From: Felis catus | Taxonomy: Eukaryota | Reading direction: 5' to 3' | Assembly: GCF_018350175.1 (NCBI RefSeq) | Contig: NC_058368.1 | Span: forward strand, 96,784,001-96,848,000 | Length of the DNA stretch: 64,000 nucleotides | In this document: positions 25,473 to 39,158 of the stretch, piece after piece | How the letters are laid out: the number at the start of each line of letters is the position of its first letter | Position numbering within the stretch: the stretch's first letter is position 1 | Translations under genes and position numbers: made by a program | Notes under the pieces: model-generated | The model's input: only the letters and a program-made list of their open reading frames with translations | Databases searched by the model: none | Told to the model about the DNA's origin: nothing

Positions 25473-25755
25473 AAGAGCAAAACAATCAAGAAATGTTTCA
25501 ATTCTATTTCCCCCCAAAAAGTGGCAGAGACAAGTAACTTTGTTACTTTTGGTAGGCGTTCTATGTAATGCTTGGTGACTATTGATGAACAGACTGTAAC
25601 CCAGGGGATCATCGCTCATTGGGCTCTTGGATTCAGCAGCGGACAATGCAGGCTCACGGTCTTGCCACCACCAAAAATAAAGCAGGACAATTCGATGCTC
25701 AGGATATCCTGAAGAATTCTCTGCATAGACTTTCTAAGACTATTTGGCTAATAGA

Positions 25756-25969
25756 GGCACCCAAAAATATTTGGCTAATTTGGCTCCTTTGGTTAAGCAT
25801 CACATTCTTGATTTCAGCTCAGGTCATGATCTCAGGGTTCATGGGAGCGAGACCCACAGCAGGCTTCTGTGTTGACAGTGCAGAGCCCGCTTGGGATTCT
25901 CTCTCTGCCTCTCTCTCTGCCCCTCCCCTGCTTGTGCTCTATCAAAATATGTAAAGTTAAAAATATATA
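25756..25969 (+). mobile_element. Can-SINE with a target-site copy in its head
   Basis: 15-bp TSD tatttggctaataga at 25741-25755 and 25970-25984. Confidence 0.9.
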
Positions 25970-26331
25970 TATTTGGCTAATAGAATGGCACAAGGAGGGA
26001 AAGGAAAAGATCAATGGGCAGCTTCTAAATATTCCCTGCTCCAGAATGGGAGGATTTGGCTTTTGGGATCCAGTTCTCTGATTCCTGTGTCCTGTCTCTG
26101 AGACCTATGGAGACTCATGCCAGATCATACACACTGTGGTCTGGAGTCACACTGAAATCTCTGCCATGATCGACATCACACAGAGGAGTGTCTATGGCCT
26201 AATCCGGTCTGTGTATGTATAATAAGCAATACAGAGACATCGCTGTAAGTTTGCCAATGACCTTCTTCTCTCCCTTAAGAAATCACATACTTTGCAGAGC
26301 AGAGCTCATTATGAAATTAGAGATAATATAT

Positions 26332-26535
26332 GGGCAGCTGGGTGGCTCAGTCAGTTGAGTGTCAGACTTTGGTTTTGGCTCAGGTCATGATCTCACAGTT
26401 CGAGGGTTCAGCCCTGTGTCGGGGCTCTGTGCTGACTGTGCGGAGCCAGCTTGGGATTCTCTCTCCCTTGCTCTCTTTCTGCACCTCCCTCACTCATCCT
26501 CTCTCTCTCTCAAAATAAACAAAAAAAAATTTTTT
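26332..26535 (+). mobile_element. Can-SINE
   Basis: Head, body and tail. Confidence 0.93.
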
Positions 26536-26627
26536 AAGATGAATAAGAGATCATCTAAGTGTTTCCCAAATGTCCTTTCTTCATGATTTGTGCTCTATCT
26601 GTATGCCATTGGTACGTTTACCAAACA

Positions 26628-26945
26628 TTTTTTTTAATTTTTGTTACTGAAGTACAGTTGATATACAATGTTCTATTAGTTTCAAGTGTGTAATGTAGTA
26701 ATTAAACAATTCTATACAACACGCAGTGCTCACCATGATAAATGTAGTTACCATCTGTCACCACACAACATTATTACAGTCTAATTCACTCTAACCCCTA
26801 GGCTGTACTTTTTGTCCCCGTGACTTAATTATCTTGTAACTGCACGTCTGTACCTCTTTGTCCCCTTCACCGATTACACCCATTCCCCAGTTTCCCTACC
26901 CTCTGGCCATCACCAGTTTGGTCTCTGTGAGTCTGTTTCTGTTTT
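26628..26945 (-). mobile_element. Carnivore/laurasiatherian L1 3' end
   Basis: T-run then gaagtacagttgatatacaatgtt...cagtgctcacca...ccctctggccatcaccagtttg. Confidence 0.8.
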
Positions 26946-28419
26946 GCTCACTTTTTTATTGCTCACTTATTTTTTTTACTTGACATTAATATCCAGAAAA
27001 TTGTGTGTTGTAGTTGTATTTATTCTAATACACAATGAATAAATGAATACTTTGCACATACCACTGGAAAAACACCTCAATTGTCCTCACTATACACCTA
27101 TCTCACCTTTGCAAATACTCATCTCCTCAAATACATCTTTTTCGATGGAGAAACTGATGGATTAGGTTGATTTCCCAGGGCTACAAACATAATTCGCAGC
27201 AGGGCTGGGATTCACCCTCAATCCTCTTGACTCACAGTGCCGGCTGCTTCTTTTATATCATGTTGACTCAACCACACGAAAGAAGGGCATGATGAATAGG
27301 ACAAGTGCACTCCTTGGCTCCAGGTGGTGATTAAGTATCTACACAGGTTTCGAAGCAGAAACAAACCAACCCCACCATTCCTCCCCAACCACACCCACAC
27401 CCCCACCCCCACACCCACACACAGTCTTCCTCCTTCATGCTTAATGATTTTAGCACATACACTTCTCCCAGCCTCATGTTTCCATCTCTGTTGGTGATGG
27501 CCACCTCTTCACAAGTTGGAGCAAAGGTCAATAGGTTGTACTCTGCCTACAAACAATCGTCTCTGTACCTAGCATTCTGGAGTGCTTTATACTCTTTTTA
27601 AGGCCCTTTCTCAAGCTTTCTTTTAATCCACACAATACTTTTAATACCACACTACTGTTAAGGCACTTTTCCAAGTTTTATCACTTTTAACCGGCACAAT
27701 ACTCCTATAGGGTACCAATTTAAGCTACCCAGGATGTCTCTTCCAGGATGGCATGCTGTGATCAAAAAGCAATCTGGCATATTTGTACTACTAAGGAGGA
27801 AGAGAGCAAAGATAAAAAAAATTAGTAGAGAGTTACCATAAAAATACCGCAACATGTCTGCTGATAGATTTCCCCCTTGACCACATGTTTGCACGGCTAA
27901 CCTCAGTGATGTAAGTGTATTTAAGCCATGCTAACAAATGAACCCTACCTCAATAAAGTGTTCCATTTTACCCATTATATTAAACGATGGGCTTATGAAA
28001 GCTGTCAGTAAAGTCAGTTCAACACTCCAGACTTCAATGAAAAGAATAAAGAGTGACATCCTCTTGATTAGAATTCATTTCTTTTCTGTGGAACAACATG
28101 CAATATTTATCTCCCTAATGGTTCTCAAGTCCTTGGAATAATGGCTAAGGCAGTGAAAGTAAACAAACCAGACTCCCAGGAGGGGACGAAATTTTTTCAG
28201 CTGGAGTCGCAATACCTCTGGAGAATACCAACTCCTTAACACATTCCGACAGACAGACAAACAGATGGACCAAAGGTACCATCTTTGCTAATCCAATCAT
28301 TTTTAATGTTGTCAGCCCAAGATATGGGATCTAATAAGCTAGTGTGTAAGGCCTCACACTGACCCCAGGCCCCACTGCGTGGGCTCCTTTGAGTAAATCT
28401 CTTAGAAAAACAAACTGCA

Positions 28420-28615
28420 GGGACACCTGTGTGGCTCAGCAGGTTGTGCGTCCCACTTTGACTCAGGTCATGATCTCACGGTCAATGAGTTTGAGCCCCG
28501 CTTTGGGCTCTGTGCTGACAGCCCAGGGCCTGGAGCCCGCTTCGGGTACTTTGTCTCCCTCCCTCTGCCCCTCCCCCACTGGCACTGGTCTCTCTCAAAA
28601 ATAAACAAACATTAA
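28420..28615 (+). mobile_element. Can-SINE
   Basis: Head, body and tail; aaactgca at both flanks. Confidence 0.94.
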
Positions 28616-29181
28616 AGAAAACTGCATTTTAAAGTTCACCAATGTTTAAAGGTCACTAGTCAATTACCACCACAGCATACCATGTGGAAGCATAGTGACC
28701 TTAAGAGTTAACGTACCTCCCTAATTGTCACCTTCATCACACAGAAAAGCTTGTTCACTTTGACCTGACCTGACCTAGCACTTGCCTGTTAATCTGTCCC
28801 ACCACAAATGACTGTTGGAGGCAATCATTTTCAATGACTCTCAAATGGTTACTTGAGAACATACAATACATTCTTGGCCTCCGTTTGAGTTTACAACACA
28901 CAGACTTGAACTATGGTCTCCCACCACCTCTTTTTACTCCACTATTACTCCAGGTACAGCACATTCCTTCACTTCTGTCAGCATCCTCCAAGGTGGAGTC
29001 ACTGTGCCTACTCATTTTGCAATTATCATAAGTGAAACATAAATGAAACCTAAAAAGCAAATCCTACTGCCAACGGCCCCTTTCCAAACCACCAATTGAT
29101 AAGGGTTTTAAAATTTTTTACTAATAAAAAAGATGTATTATCATTAATGTGGCAAGAGGTCTTTAAAATTTAATGAGGAAA

Positions 29182-29372
29182 GGTGTGCCAGGGTGGCTCA
29201 GTCACTTAAGTATCCAACTCGTGAATTCGGTTCAGGTCATGGTATCAGGGTTCCCGGGTTCAAGCCCCACGATGGACTCTGTGCTGACAGCTCAGAGTCT
29301 GCATGGGATTCTCTCTCTCCCTGATCCTCCCTTGCTTGTGCTTTCTCTCAAAATAAACAAACATTTTAAAAA
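29182..29372 (+). mobile_element. Can-SINE
   Basis: Head, body and tail; ttaatgag at both flanks. Confidence 0.92.
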
Positions 29373-29419
29373 ATTAATGAGAATAAAGCCAACACGCTGT
29401 AGGCAAGCCATTGGCAGGT

Positions 29420-30040
29420 AAGAGAAGCAAATAGTATGCCAAATTAGATGTGTAAATTGCAGATAGGCATGTGTAAACCATTCAAAATTCAGTAGTCAAA
29501 TAAAGTAGTATTTCCTATTAATTGGCCAATTAAAAAAAAAAAACACCAAGAAATCTTAGTGTTGGCTATGGTAAGAGGAAACAAATTCTCATAATGTTTG
29601 CAGGAATGAAAATTGGAGTGACCTTTATGGAAGGCAACTTGCAATGTATTTAAGAAGCATCATAATGAGGAACACCATTGTAGAATACTTGCACTCTTAA
29701 AAATTATCCTGAGGAAGCAGCAAAGGTTAAACAAAAATTTCTACCAAGTGTTCCTCCTATTATAGCAGTATTTATCATGCTGTAAATTTGCAAACAACCT
29801 AAAGGTCTATAATTAATGAAACGGTTAAATAAATTATGTTACAGATAATGTGATAAGCCCTTAAAAATAGTGCAAACTGATACTTATCAGCATACAGAGC
29901 ATGTAAAAACGGAAGGGGAGCCACATAATATAACATATACCTACTATCTATTTAATGTAACAAATATTGAAGCTCTAAGAGTTTTCACTTTGTATTTTTT
30001 CCGGCAACCTCCAAATTTCTGTAGTAAACAGGTAACTTTT
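29420..30040 (+). mobile_element. Old L1ME-like 3' ORF2/UTR remnant
   Basis: gtgttggc...ggaaacaaattctcata...ttatggaaggcaacttg...aaacaacctaaagg...ggttaaataaattatg. Confidence 0.6.
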
Positions 30041-30954
30041 CATCATCTTTGGTCTTCATAAGCACATCCAAAGGTAACCAGAGGTACATGTCCTTCAGAT
30101 GCAGAATCAGTCATTCTCCATCAACAATCCATCGCCTGAATACCAGATCCCCTCCGGTCTTCCAGTCTTCTCTTTAGGGCCATAAGTAATCCTGAGGCAA
30201 TGATTCAGATGTCATGGTCTTAATGGATGAGAACTGGGAGACCCTGCACTCAATTTCCTTGTGCCATTTCTCCATTAAAACCATGCTCTGGGTAGTTTTC
30301 TAAAGGGCCCTAGAGAATTGGGCAATTCATTGAATTTACTCTGCTGCATTAAAATAGCAGTCTACTGGGTACCACTTATATTTCAGTCCAGAGATCAATG
30401 GAACACTCCACTCAATGCAGAAGAAATTCTCAGTCATTCTTTTGCACTAGAGTTTGAGTCCTCAGTCAGTTTAAGTTCACCCTTCAGTGTACAGCTACTT
30501 CTTTAGGACTACACAGTCTTTGAGCACAGATCAAAAATGAGCCACAGACAGAAAGCAAAGGGTTGCCATGGGTCCTACAGTGTTTTCTGGAAAATAAAGT
30601 GCTTTCCAGAAGACTGAAATACAAATAAATGCTTCAGCCATTTACATCCTATTCTTCCCAGTGATTAGACTTACAAATTTCTCCATGTGATAACTTTAAT
30701 AAAGAGTTGGAAATCTAAGTCTCAGTGAATGTCTTTATTATTAATAGGACTTGTTTTGAACGTAAAGTTGATTAGGTGACAGAGTCCATTTGTTTGAGGC
30801 CAATGGTATCATTTTATTTGCCTAACATAATGAAATATGCAAGACAATGGCCATGCCATTGTACCTCCCTAAGGAGTGATTGTACCTCCCTAAGTATTGT
30901 AAATATTGACCTGAATATACATGCTGAAATGTCAGTGTCTATTTAAAGTAACAC

Positions 30955-31137
30955 TTTTTTTTTTTAAGTTTATTTATTCACTTTCAGAGAAACAAGGAGC
31001 ATGCGCGAGAGAATCCCAACTAGCTTCTGCACCTTTTGGGCACAGTCTGAGTGGGGCTCAAACTCACCAACCATGAGATAATGCCCGAGCTGAAACCAAG
31101 AGTCAGACACTTAACTGACTGAGCCACCCAGGTGCCC
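30955..31137 (-). mobile_element. Can-SINE
   Basis: Antisense; TSD ttaaagtaacact. Confidence 0.93.
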
Positions 31138-32270
31138 TTAAAGTAACACTCTTTGTTATTTTCTCTCTCTAAGCAGGCCTGGTAACTCCTGTTCAGTACT
31201 AATCTGCTTTAGAAATAAGACCAAACATAGAGTAAAATGAACAATTTTAACCCATTACAAAATGTCTCGGGGATCAGCTAGTTCTCCAACAGTATTTTCT
31301 TTCTTTCATCTAGTCCTGGGCTTGACTTAGAAATTGAGACGAGATGTTATTCAATGATGGGAGATTCCAGGCATGTATGCTTGACATCAATAAAGCCCCA
31401 GATACAAATACATTGTTATTAATTTTATACTCTCCCTTCTGGCAAGCAGCTCTCAAAAACCCATCTTTATTTCAGAGGAAATGGCCAAACCCAATTTCAC
31501 AGGTAAAATAAAGTCCATTTTCACCACAACATAGCTATTTACAAACAGGATGCCCAGTCTTGAAACAGAAAGTGCTTTTATTCCTACACAAAAGGTCAGA
31601 GACATCTGGCCTCAATATTGTTTCATGTTCTTCTGCCAATAAAACATTTTCTCTCTTTGAAAACTTAAATGTTGAGCACAAATTAGGAAAATTGGCAGTC
31701 TTGTCCTAGTTAACAGAGCTAAAATTTATTCCTAATATTTGTTCTCTTATAATTTAATAGCAGCCTAACAATATCCAACTTCCTTTTAGCATTTTGAATC
31801 AAAGTATAATAAAAAGATATGGTAAAGGGGCTTTTAGCAGAGGATAAAAACTTTATGAGCATAAAGTCTCTAGTTAAATGCTTGTGGATGCTTATTTAGC
31901 TGTTTTTCTTCATTAAATATGAATTATAGCTCTTTAAATGCTGATTTGGAAATCAGGAAGGTTTAGTTTTACTCTACTGCTTTATATCCACAGGCAACAT
32001 AAATCTATTTAAAAGCTGATTTAAGAAAGCAACTTGGGGAAGCAAATTGCTGGTGATTTGATCCCTCGAATTTTGCATGCTACATAACCAGAATCAGGTT
32101 GTACTGAGTACCAAAAAGGTTTATTTGAATATGATTGAAAAAGACCATTATTCCTGAAAAGTCACAGGATGGATAATGGTGGAGCTTAGGGACAGGGAAT
32201 CAATGCCCAATCAGGGACAGGTAGGGAAAGGACAAAGTCTAAGTTTTTTTAAAAATGTCCCTATGTTGGC

Positions 32271-32469
32271 TTTTCTAAGTTTGTTTATTTATTTTGAGAG
32301 AGAACACAAGCAGGGGAAGGACAGAGACAAGGAGAGACAGAATGCCAAGCAGGTTCCACGCTATCAGCACAGAGCGCAATATGGGGCTCAAACACACAAA
32401 TCGTGAGATTATAACCAGAGCCATGATCAAGAGTCCTCGCCTAACCGACTGAGCCACTCAGGCTTCCCC
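32271..32469 (-). mobile_element. Can-SINE
   Basis: Antisense; TSD tatgttggctt. Confidence 0.92.
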
Positions 32470-32961
32470 ATATGTTGGCTTCTTCATTGGAAATTGTCAA
32501 TAGTTAGTACAACTATGACCCCCAATTCAATAGTACACGTCAACTATAGTTTTAATCATAAAAGCAAACCCATTTTGTCCATACAGCTCTAGACCAACAG
32601 CCTTGAAGAGGACAAAATATTATTCTCGTATTCAGCAATGTGGACACTTAGAAATCAAGGTTATCCTAACTCACCAAGCCAGTATTTCCAAGTCTTCCAT
32701 AGGCAAAGGTAAAGAAATGAGGTAGACCTATCACTCCATTTCCAGCCCCCCTACAGCAATATATTATCCAAAGAGATATCAAGAATTGACTGAATTGAAA
32801 ACCATTATATAGTATTGACAATGTTGTTTTAATAGTTCTCTCATTCCTAAATGCCACAAACTCTGATTTACTTCCCATTTGCCTGCAAAAGAAAAATTGA
32901 CTTTCCATGCAGAACGTACTAACAAGCAATCTCTCTCCCCACTCCCTCACTAAAAGCTGAA

Positions 32962-32963
<2 letters not shown>

Positions 32964-33009
<46 letters not shown>
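32964..33009. repeat. (AC)23 microsatellite
   Basis: Perfect dinucleotide run. Confidence 0.97.
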
Positions 33010-33014
<5 letters not shown>

Positions 33015-33554
33015 ACACGTTTTTTTTAATCATCCTTTTTGTTCATTGCAAATCATCAGCAGCAGATTCTTGTACTTAAATCCATTCTTCTGACTTAAAA
33101 ACAATGTGTCCAACTGCAAATCTTACGATGCTATCAATTTCAACTATTCAAAACAAGCACATTCCATGGCAGCAATTTCTGACAGCTTCTTTTGGGAGTA
33201 CACATAAATCACTTTTGCCAATCCATAATAGCATAGGGAGATGTCAGGTATGTCTTTCTGGAAATAAGCATACGAGCAAACAGGTACCTTTTCTGAGCCT
33301 TCCATTTTTTGACTAGTAAATCCATCATTCAGTTAGATCAGTACTTTTTTCTGTCAATTTTTTTTGAAAACAATTTCTTTATTACAATATTATAGTCTCT
33401 TTTTATATTCTTTTGATTAGAATTAACACCTGAAATTATTTTACATAATATGCCTTGTTTTTGAGAAAACTCCAAGAAAACATGTTAATAAATTCCCTGA
33501 CACACCTTCCCATAATACTATTTTTCAAACATTTTTTAGCTGCATATCCTTTTC

Positions 33555-33865
33555 CCTCAATTTTATGGAGGTATAGTTGACAATTAGAAATAGTGTATGT
33601 TTAAGGTATACAACTTGAAAATTTGATACAGATATACATTGTGAAATACTCACCCCCACCAAGACAATTAACATAACCCATCACCTCACATAGTTACCTT
33701 TGGGTGTATGTGGTGGGAAATTTAAGATCTGCCATCTTAGCAAATTGCAAGTGTACTATACGATGTTGTTAACTATAGTCACATGGTTATACATTAGATC
33801 TCCAGAACTCATCTTGTGTAACTGAAAATTTGTACCCTTGAGCTGTATCTCCCCATATCCCAGAA
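33555..33865 (-). mobile_element. L1MA-like 3' end
   Basis: gaggtatagttgaca...ttaaggtatacaac...catcacctcacatagttacc...cattagatctccagaact. Confidence 0.8.
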
Positions 33866-33874
33866 GCTAGAAAA

Positions 33875-34215
33875 TTTTTCAGTTTTATTTAGATCCAAGT
33901 AAGGGATGCCTGGGTGACTCAGTCAGTAGAGTGTCTGACTTCAGCTCAGGTCATGACCTCACAGCTTGTGAGTTAGAGCCCCATGACCGGCTCCATGCTG
34001 ACAGCTTGGAGCCTGGAGCCTGCTTCAGATTCTGCGTCTCCCTCTCTGCCCCTTCTTTGCTTGTGCCCTCTCTCTCAAAAATAAATAAATAAATAAATAA
34101 ACATTAAAAAAAATTTTAAATCCAAGTGAGTTAACGTCGAGTTTAACAATGATTTCAGGAACAGAAGTAATGATTCATCACTTACACGTAACACCCAGTG
34201 CTCATGCCAACATGC
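33875..34215 (-). mobile_element. Very short carnivore L1 3' end split by a SINE
   Basis: ttttatttagatccaagt|SINE|gagttaac...gattcatcacttacacgtaacacccagtgctcat. Confidence 0.65.
33903..34118 (+). mobile_element. Can-SINE
   Basis: Head, body and (AATA)n tail; TSD atccaagt. Confidence 0.94.
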
Positions 34216-34545
34216 TAGGATTTATTCTTTTTAACTTCAAAGGGGAAGGAGATATTATATATACTTGCTTCTTCATCAAAAAAGAGGCTTTTTTTTAGCG
34301 ATGGCCAACTGTTCAGAAATCAAGCTAACAAAAAAAGATGACAAGAAAAACATAGACACTTGCTAACCCAATTTTGTTATTGTGAACTATGGTAATCTTA
34401 CAATGAAATTAATGTGTGTATGTACAAGATTCTGCTGAATAGGGAACCACTTATTTGGTGACTTATGATGGTTAAAGATCTTATTTCAGGAAAAAACAAA
34501 AGATAAATTTCTCCTTTCTCTTACATCTAAACCACTCTGGACACG

Positions 34546-34739
34546 TTTTTTTTTTTTTCATGTTTATTTATTTTTGAGAGAGAAAGAGACTTAAAGTGGG
34601 GCAGAGAAAGAGAGGGAGACACAGAATCCAAAGCAGACTCCAGGCTCTGAGCGGTCAGCACAGAACCTGACGCAGGGCTCTACCCCAGAACCATGAGAAC
34701 ATGACCTGAGCTGAAGTCAGAGGCTTAACCAGGCACCCC
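34546..34739 (-). mobile_element. Can-SINE
   Basis: Antisense; TSD accactctggaca. Confidence 0.94.
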
Positions 34740-37700
34740 ACCACTCTGGACAGATTTTTAAAACTTCCAACCTATCTCCATGTCAGAAACAGGCTTTGCA
34801 CTGTCTAAATTACTACCAACTTTAAGGTAAGAAACAAAGGGCATTAGAGGTGAAAGACAAAAGGGCTGTAATCTGCTACTCAATAACCCCCCTCAAAACA
34901 CCTGATACCATCACCCAATATTGCTACGGTAACAATTATCCAGATTAACTAATCAGCTGCTTGAATGAGCCATTCCCAACTTTTCCCCCAAAGAGAACCA
35001 AAGTTGGAGAAGTTATCATGTAGCTTCATTACTGTTCCATCAGGCATACCTGAGGATTTTCTTCACAAATTGGAGAAACCCTAGCAACAGAAGGAAGTTA
35101 TTTTTCATAAAAGGGTCAATGGATTGCTGATGAAAAGGTAACAGAAGTAGGATACTCTCCATTCAATGACTTAGCACATTGCTATAAATCGCTGGGGGGA
35201 GAAAACCCTCATTTTTCTTTTCAGATACACACCCCCACCTTCTTTCAGATCAGCATTAAGGTCTTCAACAATTTTTCAAGATAGAATGGGTTCTATCTAC
35301 TGAATTCTGTCTTTGATACTCAGTCTACTCCTTACTCTTTTTGAGGCATCTCTACTCATGCCACTCTTGATTTGGATTCTTTTGTCCCAATCTGAGTATT
35401 TTTGCAAGAAAAAAAAAAAAAAAAACACCAGCATATGATCCACATATGGGCTTTCATTAAGGCACAGCTTGGAGCTCACTGCACTGGTGTGTTCAATGAT
35501 AGACTGAAGGGCTCTATTTGACTTCTGGTCCCACTTCGTTCCACAAAGGACTTGAGTTGATTTTCAAGGTTGACTGTAACCTGGTATTTCTTCCATTTCA
35601 AAAGCATTCAGCAGAGCCTAAAATATGCTTATTACTTCATGTGGCTTATGGATATACACTATGTAAGACAAAATGTCCTAACACTTTCTTGGACACTGAG
35701 ACCAGAAAAGCAAAGCACTAGTGAAAAGTGGATAGGGAAGGAGAAAATAACCAAGCCCTTTCTGGCAAGGACAGTTAACAAGCACAGGGCTGAATTTGAC
35801 TTCCTTCCCCTGCTGTCTTCATTCCTTCCACATGAAGAATGTTGACCAGAGAATGTCAACATCTGGGAAACCAGAACTTTTTTCAGGATAAGACCTCAAG
35901 TAGAAGCAGGAAAGGCCTAGCTGACCCCTATCAGCACCTGAGTATCACACAGGATCTTGTGATTTGGTGAATAAACAAGGCTCACCGAATGTATTACATG
36001 TATTTCTTCTTGTGTCTTTCTGGTTGCATTATGCATTATCAGAGTCAATTGCACAGAAACAAGTATTTTAGAGTTAGAGTTTTTCTTTATTTCAAGATGG
36101 ATATCCTCAATTTTGGGGATACACAGGGTCCCTCGTGGAGTATCTACTGTATCTACTAGTAAAGTCCCTTTTGAAAAAGACTTTCAACAAACCTAGCATT
36201 AAATGTAGATAGTATACTCCAAAATAAATAAATAATAACTCATACTCAGATCCTATAAATGATACATAAACTCTCCAACACAAGATCTAAATCAATAACA
36301 AAAAAATGTTTTTTTGTTGTTGTTATTTTTTTTAGTAGGTTTTTCTAAGTTGGAAGTCTACTCTCGTGATCCCATCTTCTCATTAAAGTAGGAAGTCAGG
36401 TCGTTTAGCAAAAGGCAGGAGGGAGTGGGATTAAAAGAGAAGGTTACAAGAGCCATTTCAGGGAATGCAGTGGGGAGCCTATCAGTACTGGGAAGAAGAC
36501 ACTATGAACACAGGGTCAATCCACTCAGAGCTGGTTCTAGAACTGCACCTCATAGCGAGGATATAATTCCCTGCAGAAAATGCTCATCTCCTCAGTGCCC
36601 TACCCATTCAGCCCCAGTGACTGATCTGGTTTTAATGTAAAATGAAGTATCATCCAGAATTTGTTCACAACTCCAAGCCATTTCTTACCTAACTTGCCAG
36701 TCTCCAAGAAGGATGGTGGGATTCCAGAGATCTACTCAACAATTATGTTTGTAATTTATTTGGTAAAATTTCATGCTTAGGAAAATACCAAATTCTGTGG
36801 TATTTTACAGATAAGGAAAGGGAGGCTGCCCAACTTAAAGGTGTCATAGGTAATAAGTCATGCATCTAAAAATGAAGCCAAAACTTTCCTCCCCAAGTCC
36901 AGAATAAGAAGCAATATTTCTCCTTAAAAAAAAAAAAATACACAAGATCTAATGGTGACTATGAAACATTTATTTAAAATATAAATTGGGAAATGATCCC
37001 CTTTCGGAAATTTTTTTTTATAATCACTCAGGATTAAAAATCATTCCATGCTGAGGATCTCTGTCAGTCAGAAAGGCAAGGAGCCAGGTCTCCTTAGACC
37101 TGAGGATGCCTCTTGGGCCACTCTAGCATGGACCAAAAATCCTTGATCTAATTGAGGTAAAACTAAAGTGACTTTTGTGTTGGAGCCCTGGTAGAATGTC
37201 ACCAGGGAAATGAGACCTGTCCTAACCCTTTCTTAGTTTTCAGCTAATGAATGCTAATGAAAACGGGCCCAAGAGTAGAAGACAGAAGAAGTAAAACTCA
37301 ATACCCAAAGGGGAGGCGGGGGGGGGGGGGAATTCCATCCTTCCCACCTTCCAGTGAGGATTATTTCCCTTCCATTAGGATTATGAAGCAAAGTCAAATC
37401 TCTTGGAGCCTAATGCAAAACTGTGTGCCCGACTTGTTTATTCCTTTGTAGCAGAATCAGGCGCTGCTTAAAAGAGGCAGGCAAAACAGTCTTTTGGAGT
37501 TTATGAGGAAAATCATTCTCTAATTTTGTCAGAATTCAAATGAAAGCTATGGTTTGAAGCCACTGCAACGGAATTAAACGTGAAGTATAGAAGGGATTAA
37601 TTTCATAAATTTCTTACGTTGTTGATGGAACCATCTGGCAGTTTGAGAGATAACCATTAAAGTCTATACAAGAAAATGTCTTTCTAAGATTATAATGACT

Positions 37701-38459
37701 GAATATTATAACAGCGGGAGAATAAGAACTAATGCATATTTTATCATTGAAAACAAATGCTCTGGACTCTTAAGTCATGTGGAATTTCCGCTCACTTGTA
37801 AAGGAAACTGGCTAAAGGGAGATACATACCTTCAAGAACCTCAGAGGTACCACTTTCATTGGCTCTTCATGGAAGGCTGCCAAGGAATATTCGCCTGTTC
37901 TTCTCTGAGGAGAAGCTGTGACCCAGAGAAGCTGGTGATATTCAAAGGACGCACGAGGTTTGAACTAAGATAATTCTTGCTCTAACACTATATGCCACCA
38001 AATACCACAGCTGCATGTAACAATCAACACTGTCAGGCAGGTGTAGGGCAAGACCAAGGACTTGACTGTGATTACCTACCCAGGTGTTTCCAATGTCAGA
38101 GACAACGATTTGTCAAGTGTTTTCAAGAACATTCTCCCATCAGTTCCCCAATTTAGTCCTGACTAAACTTAATTGTCATCACTATTTACGGAAGAGACTA
38201 GGTTCCATTTCAAGATAATTTGACTCACCGACAAAAACAATGGTCCTTGAACTTGGATGTTCAGAGATTCCCTTGAGAAGCCAGGAAAAGGTGAAGATCC
38301 GTCAGCAAAAAAAAAAAATGGTTCCCGGAGAATGGGCCCATGTATATTTTAATCAAGTCCCCACGTGTTTCTGATAGCTCTTAAAATCTGAGGTCGAAAA
38401 GTAGGGTGGTCTCAATATAGAACAGGTGATCCATCAGCCTATTCCAACCAGAGTAACTA

Positions 38460-38650
38460 GAATTGAATTCCACCTCCAGTATGTGTGGGGCATGCAACTT
38501 CACACAAGTTATCTTATCTCTTTATGAATCAGTTTTTTCACCTGAAAAATGGAGGTAATTAATACTCATGTCATAAAATTCTCATCAGGACCAATGAACT
38601 GCTGTGTTCTGAAAAGATTATCCGGCACATCCTAAATGCCAGTGATTGTT
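38460..38650 (+). mobile_element. MIR fragment, preceded by a possible MER5-like remnant at about 38240-38395
   Basis: caagttatcttatctctttatgaatcagttttttcacctgaaaaatggaggtaat. Confidence 0.6.
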
Positions 38651-39158
38651 CATCCAAAACTTCAAAGCACAGCTAGAGAACTGTGTGACGCTTCCAATGT
38701 CGAGGTCCCACTGCAAACTCTCTGCCCCTCCTTTAGAGCAAGGCCACTTCCCACAGATGCCCACAGGGACTGAAGAGACACACTCAAGAGCTGTCAGACA
38801 GGAACAGGGTTTTAATTACCTTAGCTGTACACAAAGGGACAAATGACCGTCCGCTGCTGTGGGTGGCCCCAGACATTTTTTTGAGTGCCATCCCCCTCAA
38901 ACCTTCATCTCGGCTTCTCTGGAGGTGCCTACCCTCACACATCACCCAGTTCCTGCCACAGCTCATTCCCAACACAGCTCAGGCATGCAAGGCCATTATT
39001 TTCTTCACACAGTGATCCAAAATATCAACATAGCCAATGATTCATGACACACGCATTACTCTAACCCAACTCTTGTAAGAGATACCAAGAGTGGTACTAA
39101 GAGAACCAGTATTAGTCTTGCCCTGGACGCTAGAGACTGCACCGGTGAAACCACTGGA

